Origin: Candidatus Undinarchaeota archaeon
GTDB lineage: Archaea > Undinarchaeota > Undinarchaeia > Undinarchaeales > UBA543
Assembly (NCBI GenBank): GCA_964636545.1
Contig: CAZWSR010000002.1
Coordinates: forward strand, 32,001 to 96,000
Length of the DNA: 64,000 nucleotides
Direction: 5' to 3'
Shown piece after piece: positions 29,726-39,686 of the stretch (the first letter of the stretch is position 1; each line of letters starts with the position of its first letter). The position numbers and the translations under genes were made by a program. The notes beneath the pieces were generated by a model. It worked only from the letters and a program-made list of their open reading frames with translations. It did not search any database and was not told the DNA's origin.

Positions 29726-31158
29726 GTATTGAGCAGGATGCGCTCAATATTTTTCTCAACAACAAACTTCAAATCTCAAAACCGGCGCTTGACTTGATTT
29801 TAAAACAAGAGAAACCACTAGAAACAGCAGAACAGTTTCTAAAATCAGTATCTCCAGACCTCCTGACAATTCTCCCAAAACACCTAGAAGATCACTTATT
29901 TTCCTCTGAACCAACAATTTCACTCCTCAACAATTTCACAAAAAGCAAACCAATTAAGGGAGTTCAAGACCTATCTGAATTTTTCAACAACCGATACACA
30001 TATTTCAGAAAACTCCTGTCTTCTCGCCTTCCAAATCCCGCATCACTTTCAAGTATTGCCAAACGCAGCAAGGAAAAATCAAGCACAATCGGCTTGGTTT
30101 CTAGCAAGCGAAGAACACTCAAGGGAAATATGATGATTGAAATAGAGGACCCAACCGGCACCCTCAAAGTAATTGCTTCCAAGCCTGAAGTAAGAAAGAA
30201 AGCAGAGGGCCTTGTTATGGATGAAGCAATTGGGGTTATAGGAACAACGAGTGATAACACAAACGGCACTGTCTTATTCCTTGATGACATCCTTCACCCA
30301 GGAGTCCCAATATCCACTGAACCAAAAAAACTCACTCAGGACATCTATGCAATATTCCTTTCTGATACGCACATTGGTAGCAAGAAGTTTATGAAAAAGG
30401 AGTTTAACCGCTTCTTGTCTTGGGCAAACGGAGAAGTTGGCAACGAAACCCAAACTGACTTGGTTAAAAAAATCCGATATTGCTTTGTAGCAGGCGATAT
30501 TGTTGACGGAATTGGAATTTATCCAAAACAGGAAGAAGAACTTGAAATAGCAAACATCGAAGAGCAATACCAGGAAGCCGCGGAGCTATTTGACAAACTT
30601 CCAAAATCTATGAAAATAATTTTATCTCCTGGTAACCACGATTTTCTTCGCGGAGGCCAACCACAACCTCCCCTTGATCCAGAAGTGGCCGCACCACTTT
30701 TCGAACTTCGTAATGTAGAATTTGTCAGCAATCCATCTACTGTAAAAATCGAAGAAAAAGATAATGGTGGCCTTGATGTTCTTATGTACCACGGAGTCAG
30801 TTTTGATACAATGATCCCAGCTGACCCACAACTCAAAAATGGATATACTGAACCACATGTTGTTATGCAATCTCTTCTTCAACGTCGCCACTTATCGCCA
30901 CCATATGACACTGGCCTAGTTGCATCTGGTGAAGATCAAATGATAATCCGCACAGTTCCTGATATTTTCCATAGTGGACATGTTCACTCAAATGGTAATT
31001 GCTCTTATCGTGGTATTAGCATAATCAATAGTGGAACTTGGCAGTCCAGAACTGCATTTCAGAAACTCTGTGGTCACGACCCAACACCAGCAATTTTGCC
31101 AATGGTGAGTTTGAAAACAAGGGGGTTGAATCTAATCAATTTCAATTATCTGAAATGA
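29722..31158 (+). CDS. polB: DNA polymerase D small (proofreading) subunit DP1
   Basis: SDTHIGS, GDIVDGIGIYP, PGNHD, YHG, RRHLSP, GHVH, NSGTWQ. Confidence 0.95.
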   Translation: MSIEQDALNIFLNNKLQISKPALDLILKQEKPLETAEQFLKSVSPDLLTILPKHLEDHLFSSEPTISLLNNFTKSKPIKGVQDLSEFFNNRYTYFRKLLSSRLPNPASLSSIAKRSKEKSSTIGLVSSKRRTLKGNMMIEIEDPTGTLKVIASKPEVRKKAEGLVMDEAIGVIGTTSDNTNGTVLFLDDILHPGVPISTEPKKLTQDIYAIFLSDTHIGSKKFMKKEFNRFLSWANGEVGNETQTDLVKKIRYCFVAGDIVDGIGIYPKQEEELEIANIEEQYQEAAELFDKLPKSMKIILSPGNHDFLRGGQPQPPLDPEVAAPLFELRNVEFVSNPSTVKIEEKDNGGLDVLMYHGVSFDTMIPADPQLKNGYTEPHVVMQSLLQRRHLSPPYDTGLVASGEDQMIIRTVPDIFHSGHVHSNGNCSYRGISIINSGTWQSRTAFQKLCGHDPTPAILPMVSLKTRGLNLINFNYLK

Positions 31159-34100
31159 ACACAAAGCAATATTTCACACTACTTGAAAAGAAAACGCAAA
31201 CCGAATACGATCTTGCGAGCCAGGCAAGGAAAAATGGGTGTGATCCTGCTGAAGAACCAGAAATCTACATCGCAAAAAATCTAGCAGAAAAAGTTGAAGG
31301 TCTTATTGAGCTTCCCGGCCTTGCAGACATTATAAAATCTGTAACAAAAGACACAGAAAGTGATGTTGCAGCAGCATTTAAAATATCTGAACAGATTGCA
31401 AAAAATGAGCCGGACAAAGAAAAAGCAGCAGACATCGCTATCCGAGCCGGTCTTGCCTTCCTCACCCAAGGCGCAGTTGCGGCGCCACTCGAGGGTATTG
31501 CAAAAATCAAGCTCCATAAAAATTCAGACAATTCTGATTATCTTGCAGTGTATTTCGCAGGTCCAATCCGGGCAGCTGGTGGAACAGCAGAAGCGCTATG
31601 TGTCATCTTAGCTGACTATGTTCGCAAAGTTCTTGGCATTTCTCCTTACAAACCAACCACTCAAGAAGTTTCTCGTTATTATGAAGAAATCCAGTGGTAT
31701 GGTCGCAGAACCCACTTGCAGTATATGCCATCTGAACAGGAAGTAAAAACAATAATCACCAACACGCCAGTGTGTATTGATGGTGAACCAACTGAAAAAT
31801 ATGAGGTTGCAAACTTCCGCGATCTTGGAAGAATTCCAAGTAATCGTGTCCGTGGTGGAATGTGTTTGGTTCTTGCAGAAGGTCTTGCTCAAAAAGCTCC
31901 AAAACTTTGGAAGAGAATGAAGCCAATTCAGGACAGCTTTGGGATGGATTGGTCTTGGCTTGAAGGTTTACTAGTTAAAAAAGCATCTGATGAAACCCCA
32001 GAAATCAAGGAAAAAATAGCTAAAACAAAACTTCCTGGCTTTGAATGGATTGATGACTTGACAGGCGAATCTGCTTCTGACATCCAAGACATAATTGAGC
32101 AAACTGGGGTGGATGGTAGATGGGAATGGCTTGATGGACTTATGGAAGAAGACGAAGGTGCAGAACAAGGTGGTAGTAAGAAATACTTGCGCGAAGTTCC
32201 TGCCGGTCGTCCTGTATTTTCACATTTCTCCAGAACCGGCGGATTCCGTCTTCGTTATGGAAGAACGCGAGCTAGTGGGTATGCAGCAGCAGCAATGAGT
32301 CCAGCCACAATGCAAACAATGGGGCGATTTATTGCAATTGGCACACAGATCCGTCTTGAAATGCCAGGAAAAGCAGCAATCATCACACCCTGCGATACTG
32401 TTGAGGGTCCGCTTGTTCGACTAAAATCTGGAGAAGTTCTTCGATTATCAACAATTGAGCAGTCAATTGAACTTGAAAAAGAAATTGAAGAAATCATACA
32501 AATTGGTGACCTTCTTATCTCAGCCGGCGATTTCTTGGAAAATAATCACCACCTAGCTAGGCCAGCATATTGTGAAGAATGGTGGGCACTCCAACTCTCT
32601 CAAAAAACAAAAACCGACCAAGACCCACACAAGAAACCCACATTTGAAAAAGCAGTTGAACTGTCACAAAAATATGACATTCCACTCCATCCTGCCTACA
32701 CACTTTATTGGAATGACATAACAATCAAAAATTTCCTTGTACTTGTAGAATCCTTAAGCACAACTACAAACAAAATCCAAAATAATAAACAAATCAAACG
32801 AACACTGGAGTTTTTGGGAGTATTTCATAAAGTTGACGGAGACATTATTATTGATCCAGATCACCACAAGGCCTTGATTTTTTCACTAAACCTGGGGCAC
32901 GCAAATCGAGACGACATAAAGAAACAAACACTTCATACTAAAGACGTTCTTAAAATTGTCAATAATCTTTGCCAAGTTCAAATCAAAAATCGCGCTCCAA
33001 CTTATGTTGGAGCTAGAATGGGTCGCCCAGAAAAAGCAAAACCGCGAAAAATGGTTCCGGCTCCAAATGTGATTTTTCCAACCGGTGGTAAACAAGGCCG
33101 TATCCGTGACATTGTAAAAATATCAAACACGACTAAAACCAGCATAACTGAGGTTGCAAAATATCGCTGTCCAAACTGTGGGGAAATTGGCATTTACGCA
33201 CGCTGTACAAAATGTGGAACAAAAACAATTCTTGAAAGTATTTGTGGTAGGTGTAACCGCAGAGTGCCGTCTGAAAAATGTCCTGTTTGCGGAGTTTCAA
33301 TGACGTCTTATGAGAATCGTGCAATAAATTTCAAAGAACATCTTGATTCTGCCTTAACAAGACTTGGTATTTCTGCTCCTGAAAAAATCAAAGGAGTTCT
33401 GGGAATGTCTAGTCATAGCAAAACACCAGAATGTTTGGAAAAAGGAGTTCTACGCGCCCGCCAAAATCTATATGTTTTCAAAGATGGAACACTCCGTTTT
33501 GACAGCACTGATGCGCCACTCACTCATTTCACTCCACGTGAAGTTAAAGCACCAATTAAAAAACTCATCAAATTAGGTTATACTGAAGATTGGCAAGGCA
33601 AACCACTTGAAAACGAGGACCAGCTTTTGGCACTAAAACCACAAGACGTTGTCATATCTTCTCATGGTGAAGAATCTGGAGTTAATTATTTTATTGGGGC
33701 AGCTAAGTTCATTGACGAGCTTCTGGAAAAATATTACAACCTCAAACCATATTACAAAGTCAAAAAACCAGAAGATCTTATTGGTCATATGGTTGTTGGG
33801 CTCGCACCCCACACTTCAACAGGGACAGTTGGAAGAATAATCGGCTTCACAAAAGCTCGTGTTGGTTATGCACATCCTGCTTTCCATGATGCAAAACGCA
33901 GAGACTGCGACGGAGATGAAGACGCAATTCTTCTCCTTCTAGATGCATTCCTTAATTTCTCTCGTGCATTTTTACCTGAAAAACGTGGTGGAAAAATGGA
34001 TGCGCCACTTGTTATCACAACACGATTAACTGCAAATGAGCTTGATGATGAGGTTTACGATGTTGATATTGTTCCAAATTATGGTTTGAACTTTTACAAG

Positions 34101-34640
34101 TCTGCTGAAAATGGTGCAGATCCAAACAACATCAATCTCAAAACAGTTGAATCAGTTTTGGAAGAACCAGAAGCACTTCTCAACTGGCCATTTACACATT
34201 ATACAACTGATATCAACAATGGCCCAATTGTTAATACATATTCAGAAGGTGAAATGATTGACAAACTTGAAAAACAACTTGGGCTTGCTGAAAGAACTAG
34301 GGCTGTTGACGCGGACGATGTTGCAGAGAGAATTTTATCTTCTCACTTTTTACCAGATATCAAAGGAAATCTGAGAACTTTCTCGCGTCAGAAACTTCGC
34401 TGTACAAAATGTAATTCAAAATATCGCAGACCACCACTTTCTGGCGTTTGTACTAATTGCGGACATGGTTTGACAATGACTGTTCACGAAGGGTCAATTA
34501 AAAAATATTTGGATATTTCAAAGAAAATGATACAGAAATACAACATAAACCCCTATCTGTCGCAGCAAATTACAATGTTCAGCAAAGCAATTGACTCAAT
34601 ATTCGGAATTGATCCACAGAAGAAATTAGGAGCATTTTAA
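31155..34640 (+). CDS. polC: DNA polymerase D large subunit DP2
   Basis: GPIRAAGGT, GGFRLRYGR, RMGRPEKAK, KRRDCDGDED, C-terminal Zn fingers; ATG 31155 overlaps DP1 stop (ATGA). Confidence 0.96.
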   Translation: MNTKQYFTLLEKKTQTEYDLASQARKNGCDPAEEPEIYIAKNLAEKVEGLIELPGLADIIKSVTKDTESDVAAAFKISEQIAKNEPDKEKAADIAIRAGLAFLTQGAVAAPLEGIAKIKLHKNSDNSDYLAVYFAGPIRAAGGTAEALCVILADYVRKVLGISPYKPTTQEVSRYYEEIQWYGRRTHLQYMPSEQEVKTIITNTPVCIDGEPTEKYEVANFRDLGRIPSNRVRGGMCLVLAEGLAQKAPKLWKRMKPIQDSFGMDWSWLEGLLVKKASDETPEIKEKIAKTKLPGFEWIDDLTGESASDIQDIIEQTGVDGRWEWLDGLMEEDEGAEQGGSKKYLREVPAGRPVFSHFSRTGGFRLRYGRTRASGYAAAAMSPATMQTMGRFIAIGTQIRLEMPGKAAIITPCDTVEGPLVRLKSGEVLRLSTIEQSIELEKEIEEIIQIGDLLISAGDFLENNHHLARPAYCEEWWALQLSQKTKTDQDPHKKPTFEKAVELSQKYDIPLHPAYTLYWNDITIKNFLVLVESLSTTTNKIQNNKQIKRTLEFLGVFHKVDGDIIIDPDHHKALIFSLNLGHANRDDIKKQTLHTKDVLKIVNNLCQVQIKNRAPTYVGARMGRPEKAKPRKMVPAPNVIFPTGGKQGRIRDIVKISNTTKTSITEVAKYRCPNCGEIGIYARCTKCGTKTILESICGRCNRRVPSEKCPVCGVSMTSYENRAINFKEHLDSALTRLGISAPEKIKGVLGMSSHSKTPECLEKGVLRARQNLYVFKDGTLRFDSTDAPLTHFTPREVKAPIKKLIKLGYTEDWQGKPLENEDQLLALKPQDVVISSHGEESGVNYFIGAAKFIDELLEKYYNLKPYYKVKKPEDLIGHMVVGLAPHTSTGTVGRIIGFTKARVGYAHPAFHDAKRRDCDGDEDAILLLLDAFLNFSRAFLPEKRGGKMDAPLVITTRLTANELDDEVYDVDIVPNYGLNFYKSAENGADPNNINLKTVESVLEEPEALLNWPFTHYTTDINNGPIVNTYSEGEMIDKLEKQLGLAERTRAVDADDVAERILSSHFLPDIKGNLRTFSRQKLRCTKCNSKYRRPPLSGVCTNCGHGLTMTVHEGSIKKYLDISKKMIQKYNINPYLSQQITMFSKAIDSIFGIDPQKKLGAF

Positions 34641-34664
34641 TACTCCTTTACAATATACTAAATT

Positions 34665-34919
34665 ATGGCAAAAGAAGACAAAGACTTAATGGACGAAGAA
34701 CCTGTTGAAGAAGAGTCAAAAGAAGAAGAACCAGCGGAAGAAACAGAAGAAGAGGAACCTGCTGAAGAATCTGGAGATTCTGACATGGACTTTGGCGGCG
34801 GAGGCGGAGGTAGCGGTTCTCTTGGGGATATTTTCAGTAACAAACTTTTAGTTGCTGCAATTGCAGGATTCGTTGTTTTTTCTCTTGGATTGCTGTATCT
34901 CTATTTCTGGGTTTTCTAA
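34665..34919 (+). CDS. small acidic tail-anchored membrane protein
   Basis: E-rich N-terminus, poly-G linker, C-terminal TM helix. Confidence 0.65.
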   Translation: MAKEDKDLMDEEPVEEESKEEEPAEETEEEEPAEESGDSDMDFGGGGGGSGSLGDIFSNKLLVAAIAGFVVFSLGLLYLYFWVF

Positions 34920-36157
34920 AGTCCAAAAAACAACATAAACCAAACATTAATCCCAGCATAATACAACATCACTGGAACTAAAAAGAATGCCATACAATTC
35001 GCTCGTCTAACTTCTGCTAATGGTGCTATCAAACCAATTAATGTACTTAAAACCAGTACCAAGAACCCAATACAACCAGTTAGCCAACAAACACTAACAA
35101 CAATCAACAAAATAATTCCAACTGTAATCTTGTTATAAAACCCACCACTTCCACAAACTTTCATTGTCAAAAATCCACCGATTTTCAAATGCAGAAACAA
35201 TGCAATACCACCAGCGGCTACTACAACCCCCAAAAATATTAACAAGTCTGCAAATCCAAAACTTTCAATAATTGTGTCAATTGCAATAACAATTCCAGAT
35301 CGCATTTTTCCTAAAGTATACAGAACAACTAATGTAAAAATTATATTTGCAGTATTCACACCACTTGCAGCCACCAGAAATTCTTTCACACCACCTTTCC
35401 GACTAACTTGCTGAACCAAATAAGTAGCTTGCGCCCCACCCAAACCAGGCAACATACCAACCAACATTCCTGCAACTGATCCCAAAAATGAATTCTTCAG
35501 CACACTCCACCCACCTAATGTAGCTTTTGCTCGAATCTGAACTGGAATAACACAATCTCCTTTCAAGCTCAGGAGCATTGTGCTGATTCCAAACATCCCA
35601 GAAAGCGCTGGAAAAATAATACCTGAGTCAAATAAACTACTATTCAACAAGAAAAATCCAAACAAACCAGCAGTTAGAAAAACAAAAAACCCTTTCACCA
35701 GCTTCTTTTCAGTTCCCAAACTAATACAGCACATAAAAATTAGCAGATAAAGAATATTCGGCTTTACAAATTCATAAACAATTGGCAATAGCTTGACAAC
35801 TGGCAAAAACACAATTGCAGTTATCAGCAAGCTAACTAAACTTCCTAGACCAGTTAGTTTAATTGCTTCCAGCGCCCGGCCACTCAACAACATTCTATGT
35901 CCAGGCAAAACAGACAAAGCAGTTCCACTTTCCGGCGCTCCAAACAAAACACTTGGGATAAAATCCAGAAAAGTATGTGTCACACTCATTGCCATTATCA
36001 TAACAGCAACAGAAATCGGGTCAAAACCAACAAACACCGGCAGTGAAGCAACAACCAGTGTTGAAACCATGTTAATGTGAATTCCTGGCACTAGTCCGGT
36101 AATAATTCCCAGCCCGCAGCCTAGCAACATGAACAACAATATTTCAATGAATAGCAT
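34916..36157 (-). CDS. TctA-like (archaeal DUF112) membrane protein
   Basis: TGLVPGIHIN, HTFLDFIPS, SVLPGH. Confidence 0.85.
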   Translation of the reverse strand: MLFIEILLFMLLGCGLGIITGLVPGIHINMVSTLVVASLPVFVGFDPISVAVMIMAMSVTHTFLDFIPSVLFGAPESGTALSVLPGHRMLLSGRALEAIKLTGLGSLVSLLITAIVFLPVVKLLPIVYEFVKPNILYLLIFMCCISLGTEKKLVKGFFVFLTAGLFGFFLLNSSLFDSGIIFPALSGMFGISTMLLSLKGDCVIPVQIRAKATLGGWSVLKNSFLGSVAGMLVGMLPGLGGAQATYLVQQVSRKGGVKEFLVAASGVNTANIIFTLVVLYTLGKMRSGIVIAIDTIIESFGFADLLIFLGVVVAAGGIALFLHLKIGGFLTMKVCGSGGFYNKITVGIILLIVVSVCWLTGCIGFLVLVLSTLIGLIAPLAEVRRANCMAFFLVPVMLYYAGINVWFMLFFGL

Positions 36158-36376
36158 AGCAAACTGGCGCGGTTTACTTGTTATAAAAGTTCATTAACTG
36201 GGGTGAGTTTATTGAGTTAATTTAAGTAATATCACTTCTACCTACCCTACCTAACTCTGGCATTTCCTTTGTGTTTTTACTCTTACATTTTTTACATTTT
36301 GGTGGTTTATCCCCAAATATTCCTCTTCTTTTACCAGGAAATTCCTTACCACAGTTTTCACAAATCCACATGCTTG

Positions 36377-37543
36377 TCATAACAAACTCATTACAACGGG
36401 CAATGCTATAAAAGTTCCGATTATACTTCCCAAATTAGCAAAAGCAACAACTAACAAAATCCTAGTAACTTGATTTTTCCAATACGCTTTCACACTATCT
36501 AACTTATTCAAATTCTTAAAGTCCTTCACTTTCGGATTTCTTATTTTTGCTTCAACATAACCAGCAAACCACCCAGCAGCTAACAAAGGATTAACTGAAG
36601 TAAATGGGGCAGCTAAAAATGCAGTCAGAATTGACAAAGGATGTCCAAGTGCAATCAATGCACCAAGCGCCGACAAAGTTCCATTAATTAAAAACCACCA
36701 CATCAACATATTCAAAGTTGTTCCCAAACCTTTTGTAGCAAAACCATAAACTAATAAACCAAGCAGTAGCGCTGGAATAATCAACCCAGTCATCTTCAAT
36801 TTCTTTTTCTTTCGCCGCCCCGGCGCCCCGGCGCCCCGATCACCCTGAACCAATTTAGTAAACTCAATCCTATGCGGCAAAGCTCGTTTCATTCCTTCAA
36901 CATGTCCAGCACCAACAACAGCAACAATCTTCTTACCTTGAATTTTCTGCAGCATTCCAGCCATGTAAATATCTCGCTCATCAACCAGAATCCGCTTAAC
37001 ACTTGGGGCAGTTCTTGCTAATTCCTCCATTGCATCTGCCAAACCTTCACCTTCTTTCAACTTCTCAACAAATTCTTCATCAATATCTGCAGACAAAGTA
37101 TCAAAAAACAGAGATTTCACAACCCTGGCCTTTTCTATCAAAGACATGGAATTAAATGCTCGCTTCAAAGTAATTTGCACATCTCTATCTAAGAAAACCA
37201 GTTTTGATTTATATTTCTCAGCAGCTTCAATTGCACTAAGCATCTCTGCGCCAGGCTCAATTCCAAGATCTTTTCCAATTTTCTTTTGAATATTTGATAA
37301 AATCAAACTTGACAAAAACAAATATGTTTGTCCATCTTTGATAACTTGCTTAATTTCAGTGTTCTGCCAACTTTCTTTATTTTTCAGTGCATGATAACGG
37401 TTTGCATCAAGTTCAATTGCTACAATATCTGGCTTTTCTGTCTTGATAATCTCCGCAACTTCGTCCCGACTCTTTTTTGAAACATGCGCAGTCCCGACTA
37501 GAATAATCTCCTTTCCATTGTGTTCAATTTTCTCCACTGACAA
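36377..37543 (-). CDS. traB: TraB/PrgY (pheromone shutdown) family protein
   Basis: LVGTAHVS, ELD..R, PGAEM, DRDVQITLKR, ERD.YMA, VGAGH. Confidence 0.9.
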   Translation of the reverse strand: MSVEKIEHNGKEIILVGTAHVSKKSRDEVAEIIKTEKPDIVAIELDANRYHALKNKESWQNTEIKQVIKDGQTYLFLSSLILSNIQKKIGKDLGIEPGAEMLSAIEAAEKYKSKLVFLDRDVQITLKRAFNSMSLIEKARVVKSLFFDTLSADIDEEFVEKLKEGEGLADAMEELARTAPSVKRILVDERDIYMAGMLQKIQGKKIVAVVGAGHVEGMKRALPHRIEFTKLVQGDRGAGAPGRRKKKKLKMTGLIIPALLLGLLVYGFATKGLGTTLNMLMWWFLINGTLSALGALIALGHPLSILTAFLAAPFTSVNPLLAAGWFAGYVEAKIRNPKVKDFKNLNKLDSVKAYWKNQVTRILLVVAFANLGSIIGTFIALPVVMSLL

Positions 37544-37886
37544 CTAAAACATCTCCTATTTTACTCGGTATTATTTCCAGCTCTCCCTTATATTCTTTTA
37601 TCTCCCCAGTAACTGTTACAAAATCATCAATTTTCAGAACAGGCATATTGCTTTTGAAACCAAACAACTTCAATTCACTATCTTCAAACTGAGCCACGAC
37701 TACACTATCAAAAATATTTACACTTTCAATAGTCCCGTTCACAGTAACAACTTTCCCCATCAACTCATCAGTAACTTCACTCAATTCAAAAATTGGTGGA
37801 TCGTGATGTGCGCAAGCAAACCACAAAATAGTAATTCCAATAACTGAAGTAACTACAGCAAGCATCAGCAAGGTTCTATCTTCCAT
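37524..37886 (-). CDS. membrane-anchored OB-fold protein
   Basis: N-terminal TM helix; VTVTGEIKEYKGELEI. Confidence 0.75.
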   Translation of the reverse strand: MEDRTLLMLAVVTSVIGITILWFACAHHDPPIFELSEVTDELMGKVVTVNGTIESVNIFDSVVVAQFEDSELKLFGFKSNMPVLKIDDFVTVTGEIKEYKGELEIIPSKIGDVLVVSGEN

Positions 37887-37948
37887 ACGCTAGCGCTCAC
37901 TTTATACTTTATAAAATTTCACCAACTCAGTGGAGTTTATTTTAATAG

Positions 37949-38021
37949 AGCCTCGGGAGAGATTTGAACTCCCGACCTTCGCTTTACGAGAGCGACGCTC
38001 TACGAACTGAGCTACCGAGGC
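37949..38021 (-). tRNA. tRNA-Thr(CGT)
   Basis: Reverse complement GCCTCGGTAGCTCAG...TCGCT-CTCGTAA-AGCGA...GTTCAAATC...CCGAGGC. Confidence 0.95.
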
Positions 38022-38057
38022 ACAACTAAATTTCTATTTTCACTACTATAAAACTGT

Positions 38058-38519
38058 TTACAACGCAAATAAATTCAAAATGCCCAAACTCGCTAAACTA
38101 ACCAGAATTCCAGCAATTGTTATTCCAATTGCAACTGCAATCATTGCTTTTTTCTTTTCCATTCCTAGCAAATGTGCAGCCAAAGCACCAGAATATGCCC
38201 CTGTCCCAGGCAAAGGCACACCAACAAACAAGGCCAAACCAAGCAATCCATATTTATCAACATACTTGCTTGCTTTCTTATCTATTTTCACTAGTCTTTT
38301 CTTAAACCAAGGCCCAAAAACTGGAATTTCTTGTGCTAGATCAAAAACAAACGGCAACACAGCAAACAAAACCGGTATCAATAGCAGGTTAAATGCAATA
38401 CACGAAACAATAACAAGTAGTGGGCTAATCCCAGCAGCCATTCCAAATGGTATAGATCCTCGCAATTCAATAAATGGTGTCACAGTTATTACAAGCATCC
38501 ACAAGTACGGATTCATCAA
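38058..38519 (-). CDS. small multidrug export family protein (COG2426-like)
   Basis: PFIELRGSIP, FVGVPLPGTGAYSG. Confidence 0.85.
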   Translation of the reverse strand: MMNPYLWMLVITVTPFIELRGSIPFGMAAGISPLLVIVSCIAFNLLLIPVLFAVLPFVFDLAQEIPVFGPWFKKRLVKIDKKASKYVDKYGLLGLALFVGVPLPGTGAYSGALAAHLLGMEKKKAMIAVAIGITIAGILVSLASLGILNLFAL

Positions 38520-38554
38520 AAGATTTAAATCAGGTCAGTATAAAAACTCTTCTC

Positions 38555-38899
38555 ATGCATATTCAATTAAAATCAGGGACAGCGTCACTTAATGCAAAAG
38601 TTGCAGAAACAAATTTCCAGAAAATCCGCGGACACATGTTCAAACTCAAAACTGACCCACTATTCTTTGAATTCAATCGCGAATCAACTTTTGACAGCGC
38701 CGTGCATATGTTCTTTGTTTTCAAAGCACTTGATTTAGTTTACATCAATTCCGCTTGGAAAATTGTTGATATCCAAAAAGCACTTCCTTTCTTCCCATAC
38801 TATTCTCCAGCCAAACCAGCAAAATATCTAGTTGAACTTCCATCTGGTATGTCTAAAAATTTCAAAATAGGCGATCAATTGAAGTTTGAGTATTTCTAA
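38555..38899 (+). CDS. DUF192 family protein
   Basis: RGHMF, VHMFFV, AKYLVELP; ATG 38555. Confidence 0.8.
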   Translation: MHIQLKSGTASLNAKVAETNFQKIRGHMFKLKTDPLFFEFNRESTFDSAVHMFFVFKALDLVYINSAWKIVDIQKALPFFPYYSPAKPAKYLVELPSGMSKNFKIGDQLKFEYF

Positions 38900-39643
38900 T
38901 TACTTCCAAGGATTTTTAGCCGGAGCTTTTTTGTAATTCACTTTGTCTTTGCTAATAGCTGAAGCTGTTTTCTTTGTTTCACTTGAAAGTGTTTTCACTT
39001 CAGAATGCATCTGCTTCATATCATCTCTCAGTGTCTTAATCGTATCTCTCAATGATCCAACCTCACTGGAAAGTTTCAATGAACCAACATCAGGTTTTGA
39101 CTGAGCTTCTATTAAATTCTGCTTAATACTTTCCAATTCTTTCTTCAGAGTTTCTTCCCGCTCTTTCTTGTCCTTCACCTTCAAAACATCTTTCAGTCTA
39201 CCGCTTTCTGGCAAAGTAGCAACAAGATCTTTTATCTGAGCCTTTGTTCCATCAAGCTGTGCTTTCCATTGTTCTGCAGTAGCTTTTTCTTCATCTTCAA
39301 GTAATTTCATCTTGGTCAAGGTCTCTTCCATTTTTGTAGTAAAATCATTGAGTTTTGACAAATCCTTGACAATTTTGTCATACTCATCAACTTTCATAAA
39401 GAGTGGTAAATTAGCAACCTCTTTTGTATTCAGTGCTGGAGTTGCTGGTGGTTTTGAAGGGGCTTTCTTTTTAGCTGGTGATTTTGCGGCCGGAGGCTTA
39501 GGTGCTGCGGGTGGCTTTGGCGCTGGCGGTAGCATTGGCTTCTTCATTGGAGCCACTGGCTTCTTTGGCACAGGCGGCAAATCCTTCTCTAATTCTTTCA
39601 AGAGTTCATCGTCATTTTTCTTTTTGTGGTGGAACAATCCCAT
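38900..39643 (-). CDS. coiled-coil protein with MGLF N-terminal amphipathic segment and Pro-rich linker
   Basis: MGLFHHKKK, PPAP repeats, PLFMKVDEY, heptad repeats. Confidence 0.65.
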   Translation of the reverse strand: MGLFHHKKKNDDELLKELEKDLPPVPKKPVAPMKKPMLPPAPKPPAAPKPPAAKSPAKKKAPSKPPATPALNTKEVANLPLFMKVDEYDKIVKDLSKLNDFTTKMEETLTKMKLLEDEEKATAEQWKAQLDGTKAQIKDLVATLPESGRLKDVLKVKDKKEREETLKKELESIKQNLIEAQSKPDVGSLKLSSEVGSLRDTIKTLRDDMKQMHSEVKTLSSETKKTASAISKDKVNYKKAPAKNPWK

Positions 39644-39686
39644 TTAAATCACCTATAAACATCATACTTGTTTTGGGCTTATAAAT

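Noticed and set aside
31038-31154. N-terminal extension of DP2 from the ORF track
   Set aside because: Overlaps DP1 by about 120 bp; the ATGA-coupled start at 31155 is more plausible.
33880-33930. Intein at the DP2 catalytic motif (also checked radA and cdc6)
   Set aside because: KRRDCDGDED and the P-loops are contiguous; protein lengths are normal.
36236-36300. Intergenic CTACCTACCCTACC and TCTTACATTTTTTACATTTT resembling locus motifs
   Set aside because: Low-complexity and degenerate; insufficient without a PWM score.
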